From: Octopus sinensis
Taxonomy: Eukaryota
Length of the DNA: 64,000 bases
Assembly: GCF_006345805.1 (NCBI RefSeq)
Contig: NC_042999.1
Location: 24,180,001-24,244,000, forward strand
Direction: 5' to 3'
In this document: positions 51,625 through 64,000 of the stretch, piece after piece
Position numbering within the stretch: position 1 is the first letter of the stretch
Layout of the letters: each line of letters starts with the position of its first letter
The notes under the pieces: generated by a model
The model's database searches: none
Told to the model about the DNA's origin: nothing
The model's input: only the letters and a program-made list of their open reading frames with translations
Program-made: the position numbers and the translations under genes

Positions 51625-53267
51625 AAACAGGTTTGAGAAAAGTATTTTATCGTGTCGCAAAGGGAGGATCCGATACACGAAGAGGGTATATTTTACATTG
51701 AGCCAAAACTATGGACTTGATAAAGAAAATAAAGAAAATGGTACATGTGTACTCAGTAGACAATGTCTGAAAATAACAGCGTAACAATACCCGGGACTAA
51801 ACCTACGTATTGGTGGATCAATAAGTGCATCTCCATTAGATATTTCAGTTAAGGATGACAGAGAGAGTAGAACCTGTTGATAGAAGATGTACGCCAAGAG
51901 GTAAGAAAATTCACCTTGAGGAGTTAAATAAACTAAGGGTTAGAAAAAGAAATAAACAGAACGAAGCTGGTGGAAATGCAAAGTTCCGGTTCCAGTAATA
52001 GCAGGTACAATAAAGCTAATAACGATAAGAGGTAAATAAACATTATAGTAGGATTTCTGAAAATACTTTTCTTCAGAGAAACATGGCGCTTAGCCACGAG
52101 CCAATAAAGGAGTTTCTATGAGGTGGTGATTCCACCATCTTGAATTACCATCTTAAGACAAATAAAAGAACAGATTGGATAATGTAATCCTATTAAAAAA
52201 ATTTTTTTTTTTTTACTTGTTTCAGTCATTTTGAGTGCGGCCATGCTGGAGCACCGCCTTTAACCGAGCAACTCGACCCCGGGACTTATACTTTGTAAGC
52301 CCAGTACTTATTCTATCGGTCTCTTTTGCCGAACCGCTAAGTGACGGGGACATAAACACACCAGCATCGGTTATCAAGCAATGCTAGAGGGACAAACACA
52401 GACACACAAACATACACGCACATACATATATATACATATATACGACGGGCTTCTTTCAGTTTCCGCCTACCAAATCCACTCACAAGGCTTTGGTCGGCCC
52501 GAGGCTATAGTAGAAGACACTTGCCCAAGGTGCCACGCAGTGGGACTGAACCCGGAACCATGTGGTTGGTAAACAAGCTACTTACCAAACAGCCACTCCT
52601 GCGCTATGTATATTATGTGTAAAAAAATAAGCAAAAAACAAAAACAGCGAATAAATCAAACCGCTTTCTTATAGGTTTATTATAGATGCATTATATCAGG
52701 GTTCGTATGATGCTAGACATTAATAATTTTGTTATTTACTGCATGGATTACGACACGATAACATTATTCTCTTTTACTTGTTTCAGTCATTTGACTGCGG
52801 CCATGCTGGAGTTATATTGATTATTATTGATCAATATAGAGTTATATTGATTATTATAAAAACGTACACATACACGTCAACAATACATACGCATAAATAC
52901 TTGCATTGATACACACACACACACACCACACACATACACACAAATGCACATACACGCTCGCACCACACACACACGCTCCACACACGTATGTATGTATGTA
53001 TGTATGTATGTATGTATGTATGTATGTATGTACGTATGCTTGTGTGTATGTGTATGAGACAAGACGATGGGATTTTTCTAAAATCTTACTTATAGGCGCA
53101 GGAGTGGCTGTGTGGTAAGTAGCTTGCTTACCAACCACATGGTTCTGGGTTCCGTCCTACTGCATGGCACCTTGGGCAAGTGTCCTCTACTATAGCCTCG
53201 GGCCGACCAAAGGTTTGTGAATGGATTTGGTAGACGGAAAATGAAAGAAGCCCGTCGCATATATGTA

Positions 53268-53320
<53 letters not shown>

Positions 53321-53337
53321 TATATTATTATATATAT

Positions 53338-53383
<46 letters not shown>

Positions 53384-53630
53384 GTGTGTGTGTGTGTGTG
53401 TGTTATATATAATAATGTATGTGTGTATATGTTTTGTGTGTCTGTGTTGTCCCCCCGAACATCGCTTGACAACCGATGCTGGTGTGTTACGTCCCCGTAA
53501 CTTAGCGGTTCGGCAAAAGAGACCGATAGAATATTATTAGGCTTACAAAGAATAAGTCCTGGGTTCGACTTGCTCGACTAAAAGGCGGTGCTCCAGCATA
53601 GCCGCAGTCAAATGACTGAAACAAATAAAA
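51088..53630. mobile_element. Three full-length SINE A copies: 51088-51482 (+), 52207-52603 (-), 53095-53630 (+)
   Basis: Family A head and tail motifs in alternating orientation. Confidence 0.9.
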
Positions 53631-53869
53631 GAGAGAGAGAGAGAGAGTTATGCCCTGCTTCTAAGTGCTAGTTGGCGACTGGAATAATACTTTGGAGGCA
53701 AGCTAAGATTGTGTGAAACTCATTATTTACGTGGGGATGCACGGTTTATGGAAAATTGTAAAGGCGTTTTTTAATGTTCTGATAGGGATAGACTGGATTT
53801 CCGGAGTCTGCTGATGTGGACATGGAGCAGCTTCATTTAAATAATATCTTGAAAAGGTATTTCTTAGAT

Positions 53870-55782
53870 TATGCAGACTAGGTAAATGTGCAAAAGCTAC
53901 CTTTAACAGAGGAAAAATGATAGAAACATCCAACGATAATCTTGATCAACAAAATGTTATAAAGAAATTAGAAATAGCGGAGAGCTACGAATACCTATGG
54001 GTATTTGAACTTGATAGAATCAAGGATTCAATGAGGAAGAAAAGAATCAGAAAAGAATGTTATCGCAGGGTAAGGGCAATACACAAGACAAAGCTGAACG
54101 CAAGAAACAGGATCGAAGTGATCATTACTTTAGCCATACCGGTCGTGACATACAGTTTCAAATTTATCTGGTCAATTACTGAAATCTGTATTCTTGGCAG
54201 AAGAATACGAAAATTGTTGACAATGAATAGAATACAATACCTATTTCTTTACTACCCACAAGGGGCTAAACAGAGAGAACAAACAAGGACAAACAAACGG
54301 ATTAAGTCGATTATATCGACTGAATCCGTGCGTAACTGGTACTTAATTTATCGACCCCGAAAGGATGAAAAAGGCAAAGTCCGACCTCGGCGGAATTTGA
54401 ACTGAGAACGTAACGGCAGACGAAATACAGCTACGCATTTCGCCCGGCGTGCTAATGTTTCTGCCAGCTCGCCGCCTTTTGAATAGAATACAATACCCTA
54501 AGGCAGATATAGAACGACTTTACCTGCCATGAAAAGAAGGCGGCCGTGGATGTTTACAATTGGAATTAACAATGAAAACTGCAACATTTCGCCTAAACAC
54601 TTAACTGAAAAACTCTGATGACCGGAGGATAAAACGTGTCTTAAAGCATAAAAGCAAGAAAACATCATACTCAGTAACAAAACAGGGAAAGTGAATTCCA
54701 AATACAACAAATCCCAGAATTAGACGACATGGAAACAAGCACAGAAAAACAAAGCCTATGAAAGCCCTTGCTAAAACTCCTGGCAAATACCCAAAGAGAG
54801 CAAATAATGCTGATATTGACAAAATCAGCATCAATGGTCAGTGTCTTCTTGTTTATCTATCAATGGTTAGTTTAAAATCAGATACAGAAGGGTTTATCAA
54901 ATCATCTCAAGATCAATGACTACCTATAAGAATCTATCAGGCCAACATCTTAAAGAACGACAGTGGCCAACATGTCGTGTATGTAAACAACAAAATGAAA
55001 CCATAGATCATGTTGTCTCCATATGCAGTCTCCTTACGCCTACAGAGTATCTCAACCGGCAAGATAGAGCAGTACAATATATTCACTGGGTAATTTGCAA
55101 AAATTGGACCTGCCCCATGATAAAAACAGGTGGGAACACAAACCACCTCCTGTGCTTGAAAATGACTAACATCTCAAACTGACAGAAAGATAAATGAAAA
55201 TAGGCCAGACATTATATTGAATTTCTTTAGACAAAGATCATGCCTCCTCATTGATATGACTGTCCCAATCAACATAAATATATCTGTCAAGACCTACAAA
55301 AAACTGAGCAAGTATAAATATCTTGAAAAAGAAATGGGCAAAATGTGGAACCCCAAGACTAAAACAATACCTCTTGTCACAAGTGCACTAGGAATGCTAG
55401 CAAAAGTGGCTCGTTGCTACCTAGCTCAGATACCAGGAAATCCAAATATGTAAGACATTAAAAAAATAGTGCTCATGGCAACTGCCCATATCCTTTCGTA
55501 AAATATTGTCTGTAAAATCCCTCAAATATTTTAATCTATAAACAGTATTAAAATACTTTTGAATGTCATCTTAACATCACACTATCATCTTATAATCAAA
55601 TTACTTTTAAAACAAACTTTTAATTTACTTATATTTTGACAGACATTCTCTAGAACTATACCCTGTGCAAAACCAAATATATGGCATCCTAGTCATAAAC
55701 ATGAATTTCTAACTTGTTGTCTCTTGAGGTCTCTGGGTGAGACCTCTAGTCAACTTGTACAAACACATAACAAAAGGCAAAC

Positions 55783-55786
<4 letters not shown>
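53870..55786 (+). mobile_element. R4/Dong-clade LINE 3' half (RT end, CCHC finger, restriction-like endonuclease, 3' UTR), degenerate
   Basis: KCAKATFNRGK, PKADIERLYLP*KEGGRG, CRVCKQQNETIDHVVSIC (54973-55026), NRPDII..LLIDMTVP..KLSKYKYL; ends at (TAA)n. Confidence 0.9.
54242..54479 (-). mobile_element. SINE B inserted in the R4/Dong ORF with an 18-bp TSD
   Basis: TGAATAGAATACAATACC at 54224-54241 and 54480-54497. Confidence 0.95.
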
Positions 55787-55842
<56 letters not shown>

Positions 55843-55844
<2 letters not shown>

Positions 55845-56069
55845 GAGTTCGATGTTACCCAACCTGAAGAAACATCTGGAAACTTTAGCATTACTCTACA
55901 ATTTAAGTGTATTGCAGAAATCGGCATCACTTGGAACAGCACGAATATTGCGTAAAGTACTGTCTATCTGAGTTCCTTGTTGTGACTTGACGGACAGTGC
56001 AAACCCCACCGGTAGACAAAATATTTCCAATCAACAATATCACGAGATTGGATATCGTGCGATGTTTTA

Positions 56070-56155
<86 letters not shown>

Positions 56156-56164
56156 TAATAGTAA

Positions 56165-56210
<46 letters not shown>

Positions 56211-56316
56211 TAATAGTAATAATAAATTCGTTTATTGGCCACAAGGGCTAACAAAAATCAATTAAAACATAAAGGGACAAGACACAGGACGAAAGTTACA
56301 AAGGGTTTTGTCCGTT

Positions 56317-56357
<41 letters not shown>

Positions 56358-57050
56358 CATCATAGGAATGATAGCAAAAGGGGCTGATTGCTACCTAGCT
56401 CAGACACCATAAAACCCCAAAATGGCAGAAATTCAATAGATAATGCTTGTGGGAACTGCCCGTATCCTACGTAAAAAAACCAACTTGTAAAAATACGAAG
56501 CAAAAGTCAAACATATAATGATAATAATTATATAATAAATAACACAATCAATTTGATGTAGCCACAACAGAAGTTGCTAGAAAAAATTGGTGGAATTGGC
56601 TGATGAAAAATGAGATTGAAAGCACTATACTGGCAGCACAGGACCAAGCACAGGACGAACTAGAGAGTCAACCGTAGGAATGAGCAAGTGTCTCCGCTGT
56701 GTCGCATCTGCAATAGAGAGGATGAAACCATTGCCCATATCACGAAAGAATGCCCTAGACTTGCCCCCAAACCACTACAAGTTGTGGCGACACGACCGGT
56801 TAGTGAAAGTGCTACAACATTGGAAACTGTGCGAAAAGTGGTGGCTAGAGAGAGGCAAAACGTTGTATGACCACAAACCGCAGAGAGTGGCAGAGTCGGA
56901 GACTGGCAAAATCCTCTGGGGTTTCCTAACCCAAACAGATCATGTGCGAGAGCATAACATACCGGACCTAGTGGTGGCGGACAAGGTGCACCACATATGC
57001 TCTATGGTTGACGTTGCATGTCCTTTTCACCTACGAATAGTCAAGAAAGA
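55843..57050 (+). mobile_element. Three further R4/Dong fragments (55843-56070, 56360-56470, 56570-57050) separated by (TAA)n
   Basis: LQKSASLGTARILRKVL; GMIAKGADCYLAQ..GTARILRK; CRICNREDETIAHITKEC plus HNIPDLVV..MVDVACP. Confidence 0.85.
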
Positions 57051-57062
57051 ATTATTATTATT

Positions 57063-57100
<38 letters not shown>

Positions 57101-57108
57101 TATTGTTA

Positions 57109-57158
<50 letters not shown>

Positions 57159-57159
57159 G

Positions 57160-57510
57160 CGAGCTGGCAGAGTCGTTGGCACATCGGGCAACATGCTTCG
57201 CGGTATTACCGAGCTGGCAGAAACGTTAGCACGCCGGGCGAAATGCTTAGCGGTATTTCGCCTGCCGCTACGTTCTGAGTTCAAATTCTGCCGAGGTCGA
57301 CTTTGCCTTTCATCCTTTCGGGATCGATAAATTAAGGACCAGTTACGCACTGGGATCGATATAATCAACTTAATCCGTTTGTCTGTCCTTGTTTGTCCTC
57401 TCTGTGTTTAGCCCCTTGTGGGTAGTAAAGAAAGAGGTATTTCGCCCGTCGCTATGTTCAGAGTTTAAATTCCGCCGACGAGGTCGACCTCGCCTTTCAT
57501 CCTTTCGTGG
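57160..57510 (+). mobile_element. SINE B nested inside an older SINE B
   Basis: Old head ends GCGGTATT, a full new copy follows, and the old body resumes GGTATTTCGCCCGTCG. Confidence 0.85.
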
Positions 57511-57552
57511 TCGATAAATTGTACCTATGGTAGAAACGATTACTATTATTAC

Positions 57553-57614
<62 letters not shown>

Positions 57615-57962
57615 CCTGGAAGTATCATGTCATCTGCCATCGGTAAGATTAGACTTCGCTTATCGGATCTGATGAGGTTAACTTCTTACTTGTGTTAGTG
57701 GGCGTGGAATTAAATGTGCTAAATCAACAAATAAATGTTATTTTTGCAGAGAGAGTGGAACAAAATTTCTGTAATTGTTACAGATTGATTACCCTAGAAG
57801 CAAGTAAAACACATCTCTACCGAAGGAACTGACGCTTATGTAATCCAAGTAAAGGTTTACAAAATGTATTTCTAGTATACATGTGTGTGTCTACATTAAT
57901 ACATACTTACATACATATATACTTACATAATAATGCATACACACACATAAACAGACACACAG

Positions 57963-58012
<50 letters not shown>

Positions 58013-58079
58013 TTAGAGTAATGCTTTCCTTCCCTATTTTCTTAACGTTATATGGTCTCCGTATAATAAGTGTCAAAAT

Positions 58080-58673
58080 TCTTCTTCTTCTTTTTCTTCT
58101 TCTTCTTCTTCTCGTCCTCCTTCTCCTCCTCCTCCTCCTCCTCCTACTTCTTCTTCTCCTTTTTCTTCTTCTAAATCTTCTTCTTCTTCTTCCTCTTCTT
58201 AATCTTCTAATCTTCTTCTTCGTTTCTTCTTCATCATCTTCTTTTTCTCTTTCCCTTCGTCTTCTTCATCTTCTTCTTCTTCTTTTTCCTTCTCCTCCTC
58301 CTCCAGCCCCCTCTTCTATCTTTCTTCTTCTCCTTATCCTCCTCCTCCTCCTCCCCCCTCTTCCTTCTTCTTATGCTTTCTTGTCCTTAATTCTTCTTCT
58401 TCTCTTCTTCTCATCTTCTCGTTCGTCGTCTCTTCTTCTTCTTCTCTTCTTCTTCCTCTCTTCTAATCTTCTTCTTCTTCTTCTTCTTCTTCTCTTCTTC
58501 TCCTCCTCCTCCCCCTCCTTCTTTTCATCACCATCATTATCATCATCATCATCATCATCATTACACTGATCATCATCATCATGATAATGAACTTCATTTA
58601 TTATTATTATTATTATTATTATTATGAATTATTATTATTATTATTATTATCATTATTATCATTATTATTATTA

Positions 58674-58717
<44 letters not shown>

Positions 58718-59275
58718 TGTCAGCAACAGAAAAGAGGGAGGTGCTAAGGGATTTGCGGGATTTAATTACATCCTTATGCATCGTTCACAGTTTATATTCC
58801 GCTGGCGTCGACTTAGATGTACATCCTTCCGGGGTCGTTAAAATAAAGTCCCACTCAAGCACGACCGATTACTCCTCCGGAACATGTGTGGTCGTATTGT
58901 GACTTTGGTAAAATACATATCATTTGGTTATAATCTTTTTCCAGGCATTGAGGCCACGAGTTGCGCGCATGTGTGAGTGTGTGTACGTGTGTGTGTGTGT
59001 GTGTGTGTGTTTGTGTGTGATTGTTACTTCAACTCTAATGGGAACATTTTCTTGTCCTTATAATTTTGCTTGGTACTATTCAGGCTTCTTCTTCTCCTTC
59101 TTCTTCTTCTTCTTCTCCTCCTCCTCCTCTTCCTTCTCCTTCTTCTTCTTCTTCTTCTTCTTCTTCTCCTCCTCCTTCTTCTTCTTCTTCTTCTCCTTCT
59201 TCTTCTTCTTCTTCTTCTTCTTCTCCTTCTTCTTCTTCAACTTCTTCAACTTCTCCTTCTTCTTCTTCTTCTTCT
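58080..59275. repeat. (CTT)n/(CCT)n/(CAT)n/(TAT)n mosaics
   Basis: Direct read; source of the poly-L/S/F/Y ORFs. Confidence 0.9.
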
Positions 59276-59329
59276 TGGTTGTATATTAGCTGTTGTCAAG
59301 CTATTACATTGTATTTTACTTCGTAAGGA

Positions 59330-59570
59330 TACTATATCAAAGTTTGGTGACAACAGTTCTAAAATCTACAGAATCCTTCTCAAGATTCTTCCAGAATACA
59401 TGAAAAAATAAACTTTTCTGCATATCGACAATGCTCCAGTTTCTTGTGTATTAGTTTGAGCGTTGTGCCAAATACACCAATTATCACAAGAACAATTGTC
59501 ATCTGCAATCTCTTCATTTCTCTGGCTAACTCTAAATATTTCTTTATTTTTTTTCGGTATCCATTCAATT
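59330..59570 (-). mobile_element. R4/Dong 3' end fragment, opposite strand
   Basis: KKIKKYLELAREMKRLQMTIVLVIIGVFG (K..KY.DL.....P.VIG.LG motif). Confidence 0.7.
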
Positions 59571-60411
59571 ATAAAATAATATTACAAATTCTATGATCTA
59601 GTACACTATTTTAACCTCTAAAATTATATCTTGATTCCTCAGACCAATAAAAGGTCGATCTTTAAGGGCAAATCCCACAAAATGTTTCAATTATTATTCA
59701 CCGTAACAGCTTCAGGTTTGTGTTCACATTGCTTTTAAGTTACTTTGAATCCATACATTTGGATACCATCCCAATACAATCTTTTACCAACACAACCATG
59801 TCGGTGCTTATACTTTTTTGTTCAAGTTTACTGCATTCATTTAAATGTGCATTAATACTTACATTTCTTTTTCACAGGTTCTGCTTTTGCTCTCTGACTG
59901 GGTTTTATCAATGTTTGATTTTATTAAGTTTCTGTAGTACTTCGATGTTTTTAAGTATAATAAATTAATTTTCATTGTGGCTTTCTTTTCAGACTATTAT
60001 TTAAAATTTTGTAATGTCTAGTACCAACTAGAGTTAGACTACAATAGACATAAAAATCAAATATCTTCATTCCATTTTATTGTCGAACGCTAAAGCAAAA
60101 GTGCTTTCATTTTCGTGGGAATATAATCTTCACGAGGAAGATTATATAGAAAAATATCTACTGTATAATAGACACGAAAATATACAAGTAATATAAAGGT
60201 ACGCACAAACAAAAATAATAGAAAATATTAAATATAATAGTACTCCAATATAAAGTTAGTGGGACAGATGACACGTTTAACAACAACAGCGACTACTGTA
60301 TACATTCATGTACTAAGTTTTAAGAATAACAAAACGTTTTCTTTTGCAATCACTTCAACAAACAATCCCTAAATAACGATCATTCTGCTAAAAGAACTAA
60401 TGTGTTTCAAG

Positions 60412-60605
60412 AATTTGTCCACAAGACAATAACTAGCGTTTCAAAATCCATAGCAGGAGCGAGCGAGAGAAGAACATTAGCGAAATTACGAAGTCGACTA
60501 GTCATAAGGAACACACTTCGAGTGTCATTATTTCCCATCACTCACAGATGGGACCATCTAGTTGCAAAGAAACTAGTTCAAGGCTCCCACAAATTCTACA
60601 TCATG
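60412..60605 (+). CDS. Candidate exon with consensus donor
   Basis: ctaatgtgtttcaag|A acceptor and ATG|gtgagt donor; one frame is open throughout. An alternative NAGNAG acceptor near 60456 gives a Ser/Thr-rich frame ending RLPQILHH. Confidence 0.3.
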
Positions 60606-60794
60606 GTGAGTTGATATTGATGTGATAATAATGTAATAGGTATTGATTCAGAGAAACTAAGCATGCAAATGTGTGGCCAGGCTGGAGCACAGACATGAGA
60701 GTCAAAAGATTATACACTTTTTCTTCCCTTTAGTAAATTTCTCCTTTTATAATTGCTCTCTATATCGAAATACACATAAATTACACATATGTGC

Positions 60795-60868
60795 CCCCAC
60801 CAGTCCGCGGAAAGATTGTCCGGCCTGAAGCCGATCCGTGGTATTAAAAAGTTTGGAGACTACTGGTC
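60795..60868 (+). mobile_element. hAT/Charlie-type MITE 3' end remnant
   Basis: CCGATCCGTGGTATTAAAAAGTTTGGAGACTACTG resembles the MER1-type end ..AAAAAGGTTGGGGACCGCTG. Confidence 0.4.
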
Positions 60869-60913
60869 TAGGAAACCGGTGACGATGTCGGCCAAATTCT
60901 AGTTCTGACCTTC

Positions 60914-61135
60914 ATGAAACAAAACGGGTTACTATGCAGTGCATACATAATTTTCGGCAGCATGGTTGGATGGGATTACGAAGGACATAGGAATCCTCAT
61001 GACCTCACAAGACGACAAAATACCATAAAGTTTCCTACAGAGAATGATAAAAACAAGCAGAGACCTAGCTGTTATACATGTGACAACCAAATACATTTCA
61101 AGAATTTCTACCCAAAAACCGAAGAAAAAAAGTAA
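60914..61135 (+). pseudogene. Degenerate gag-like zinc knuckle fragment
   Basis: RPSCYTCDNQIHFKNFYP = C-x2-C-x4-H-x4-(C>Y). Confidence 0.35.
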
Positions 61136-61620
61136 AAACGAAAATAACGCAGAGACGTTGTCGATTCTAAGGCGACATTAGGCACTACGCTGCAGTCGTA
61201 ACTAGCGACTCACGTGATCCCAAAAACCCCTCCCCAATCACAAACGGCGAAGACAATTTGAGTTATCCACAGCAACAGCAATAACGGAAACTAAAAAATA
61301 GTACTATCTTTAGTTTCTGATTCCACTTAAATCTCCCTTTCATTTCAGACCATTAAAGCGGCGCGGTTTGTATGTATGTATGTATGTATGTATGTATGTA
61401 TGTATGTATGTATGTATGTATGTATGTATGTATGTATGTATGTATGTATGTATGTATGTATATGTAGTATTCTACATATATACTAATGTATATGTATGCG
61501 TATATATATATACATATATATATATATATACATATATATATGTATGTTTGTATATATATGTATGTTTGTATATATCTGTATATGTAAAGTCTCTCTCTCT
61601 ATCTCTCTCTTTCTCTCTCT

Positions 61621-61663
<43 letters not shown>

Positions 61664-62864
61664 AATTTATATTCAACTTCTAAGGCTTATAACGAAGAAC
61701 TGATGAACCTGAGTTTATAGACGGATACGCCCTCAAGGAACTGCGAAATGCTCGTTTACCCGAAAGTACCGGGTGGCGAAGTGAATTTCTCATTCGCACA
61801 GTCAAAAACACACCTATGTTCTTTATGATTTACACCTCTTCTTGATCTCTGGCATTGGACCATGACGATGCATATAGAATCACCTTTTAAGATATACTTA
61901 GTAACACCAATTTCAGTACTTATTTTATCGAGCTGGGAAGAATGTACATTGTAATCTAGTTTAATAACGCATTTTTTTACTCACAAAAATGTTATTAGAA
62001 AATAAAAGAAGATAAATGTTAATTCTCTTCAAATAGATTAGAATGTACTTGAACTACCCCTAACACCTAAAAAAGGATACAAGAGATGAAACCGCTCATG
62101 TAAAGCAATGAAAACAAAGTGATTATATATACATATAAACATGTATATATTTACACGCACAGGTGTATAAAAACCAATATTTTAGCGTAAACTAAATAAA
62201 CGAATGACTGTAAACTAGTACTAAATAACCTGTCTTTAGGGAAATAAACGGAAGACGTCAGAAATCTGAGGAAAATCTATCTATTTATTAATTAAAGATT
62301 ACGTAAGGAAAACCACCCTATTTCCTCTCGAGAAGAAATGACGTGTTATGAGGTTGTAAATGTAAATAATGAACAAGCGATAAAATTATAACCCTTACAT
62401 AAGTTTTAACTTGTTTATCGAATTTACAATTGTTGTTGCTTAGCACCTGGTTTGGATTTAGCGGAGCATATAATTCATCAAAGGCATTCTAACCACGAAC
62501 ATCATGCCTCATCAGATGTAGGTTTTTATTTTCATTTTGTTTTTTTTATATTTTAACTCAGACTGCATTAACTAGTTCATCCTTCGTTTCCCTGAAGATA
62601 ATTTGGTGTGATTTGAAAGAAATTTGACTACCATTTCTTGTAGTCAGAGCAGTCGGACAGAGGTTCCCATATTTGGTTCGTTTCTGTGGTGTAGCTAGAA
62701 AAGATGTATTATAAATATCATTCGCGGACTAATTACATTATGTAAAAAAGGAGGTGTTGTGTAAATGCTTAGAAAAAACAGTGACGCTTAAGAACATAAC
62801 ATGTAAATTAGTGATTCCGATTTCAATTTTCACCATCGGACCGTTTTCAACTCAAATGCACAAA

Positions 62865-63068
62865 CCTATTTCTTTACTACCCACAAGGGGGCTAAACACA
62901 GAGAGGACAAACAAGGACAGACAAACGGATTAAGTCGATTACATCGACCCCTGTGCGTAACTGGTACTTAATTTATCGACCCCGAAAGGATGAAAGGCGA
63001 AGTCGACCTAGGAGTAATTTGAACTCAGAACGTAACGGCAGACGAAATACGGCTACGCATTTCGCCCG
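62865..63068 (-). mobile_element. SINE family B
   Basis: Long-tail family B copy; the 3' junction reads AAATAGG|TTTG. Confidence 0.9.
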
Positions 63069-63075
63069 TGTGTGC

Positions 63076-63118
<43 letters not shown>

Positions 63119-63310
63119 TGTGTATGTGTGTGTTTGTGTGTGTGTATCATATATGTACATGTACGATGCGGACTTAGTTAACCGAAACATTAAAGTCTTG
63201 TTTAAGAATAATAAATGTGTACTCTACAAACGTACAGAGCGCCCATTTAAATTAATGTTAAATTGTTTTTATTACAACTGAACATAAAAAGCAAACATTA
63301 ATATATATAA

Positions 63311-63712
63311 GGCACAGGAGTGGCTGTGTGGTAAGCAGCTCGCTTACCAACCGCTTGGTTCCCGGTTCAGTCCCACCGCGTGGCACCTTGGGCCGACCAA
63401 AGCCTTGTGAGTGGATCTGGTAGACGGAAACTGAAAGAAGACCCTCGTATATATATGTATATATATATATATATATGTGTGGTGTGTGTGTGTGTGTGTG
63501 TGTGTGAGTGTGTGTGTGTGTCTGTGTTTGACCCCCCAACATCGCTTCACAACCGATGCTGGCGTGTTTACGTCCCCGTAACTTAGCGGTTCGGCAAAAG
63601 AGGCTGAGAGAATAAGTACTAGGCTTAAAAAAGAATAAGTCCTGAGGTCGGTTCGCTCGACTAAAGGCGGTGCTCCAGCATGGCCGCAATCAAATGACTG
63701 AAACAAGTAAAA
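63311..63712 (+). mobile_element. SINE family A, near full length
   Basis: Family A head and tail. Confidence 0.9.
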
Positions 63713-63718
63713 GAGAGT

Positions 63719-63790
<72 letters not shown>

Positions 63791-64000
63791 AGAGAGAGAG
63801 AGAGAGAGAAAGACATGCATGCACACATACACATACGAACAAATATGCGAACACATACCTACATACAATTTGTCAATTAGTTTCTGGATATTTCGTCTTT
63901 ATTTTGCACTTGCATTATAACCAGGTTTTGCCGGGATTAAGTTAGGATTATTAAACAAATCAAGTTCTCTATTTCAAACCAAACTAACATCGACGTCAAA

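Noticed and set aside
57677-57720. CTGATGA hammerhead core
   Set aside because: No matching helix II-GAAA-helix III downstream.
61720-61850. Possible plus-strand terminal exon following 60412-60605
   Set aside because: All three frames are open for a similar length and the acceptor is weak; cannot be discriminated from chance.

Overview
Eukaryotic, AT-rich, very repeat-dense DNA. The SINE families and microsatellite load resemble an octopus (coleoid cephalopod) genome; this is my inference from memory and was not searched. No intact multi-exon host gene can be assembled. Most listed ORFs are translations of microsatellites or SINEs. Supported content: (1) one full-length U2 snRNA copy (5485-5673) with uncompensated changes in its 3' half. 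(2) Three abundant tRNA-headed SINE families, called A, B and C here. (3) Helitron/HINE-like elements, Tc1/mariner deletion derivatives and a mariner-type MITE. (4) LINE remnants of the Tx1/L1, R4/Dong, RTE and CR1/L2 types. (5) Penelope-like (PLE) GIY-YIG fragments. (6) A few low-confidence isolated exons. The most interesting signals are in the non-coding mobilome. About ten minimal type I hammerhead ribozyme motifs from several families occur, often in foldback hairpins. One small element joins a tRNA-like Pol III head to a hammerhead-bearing PLE-like tail and shows 5' inversions. SINE B inserts into its own sequence at a GGT site, builds head-to-tail multimers, and has a 3' tail matching the 3' end of a Tx1-like LINE array in this window. 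A 353-bp unit with 69-bp terminal redundancy sits between 12-bp TSDs. A nest of R4/Dong fragments lies in (TAA)n tracts. Repeat boundaries are approximate (about +/-10 bp) unless a TSD or TIR is quoted.
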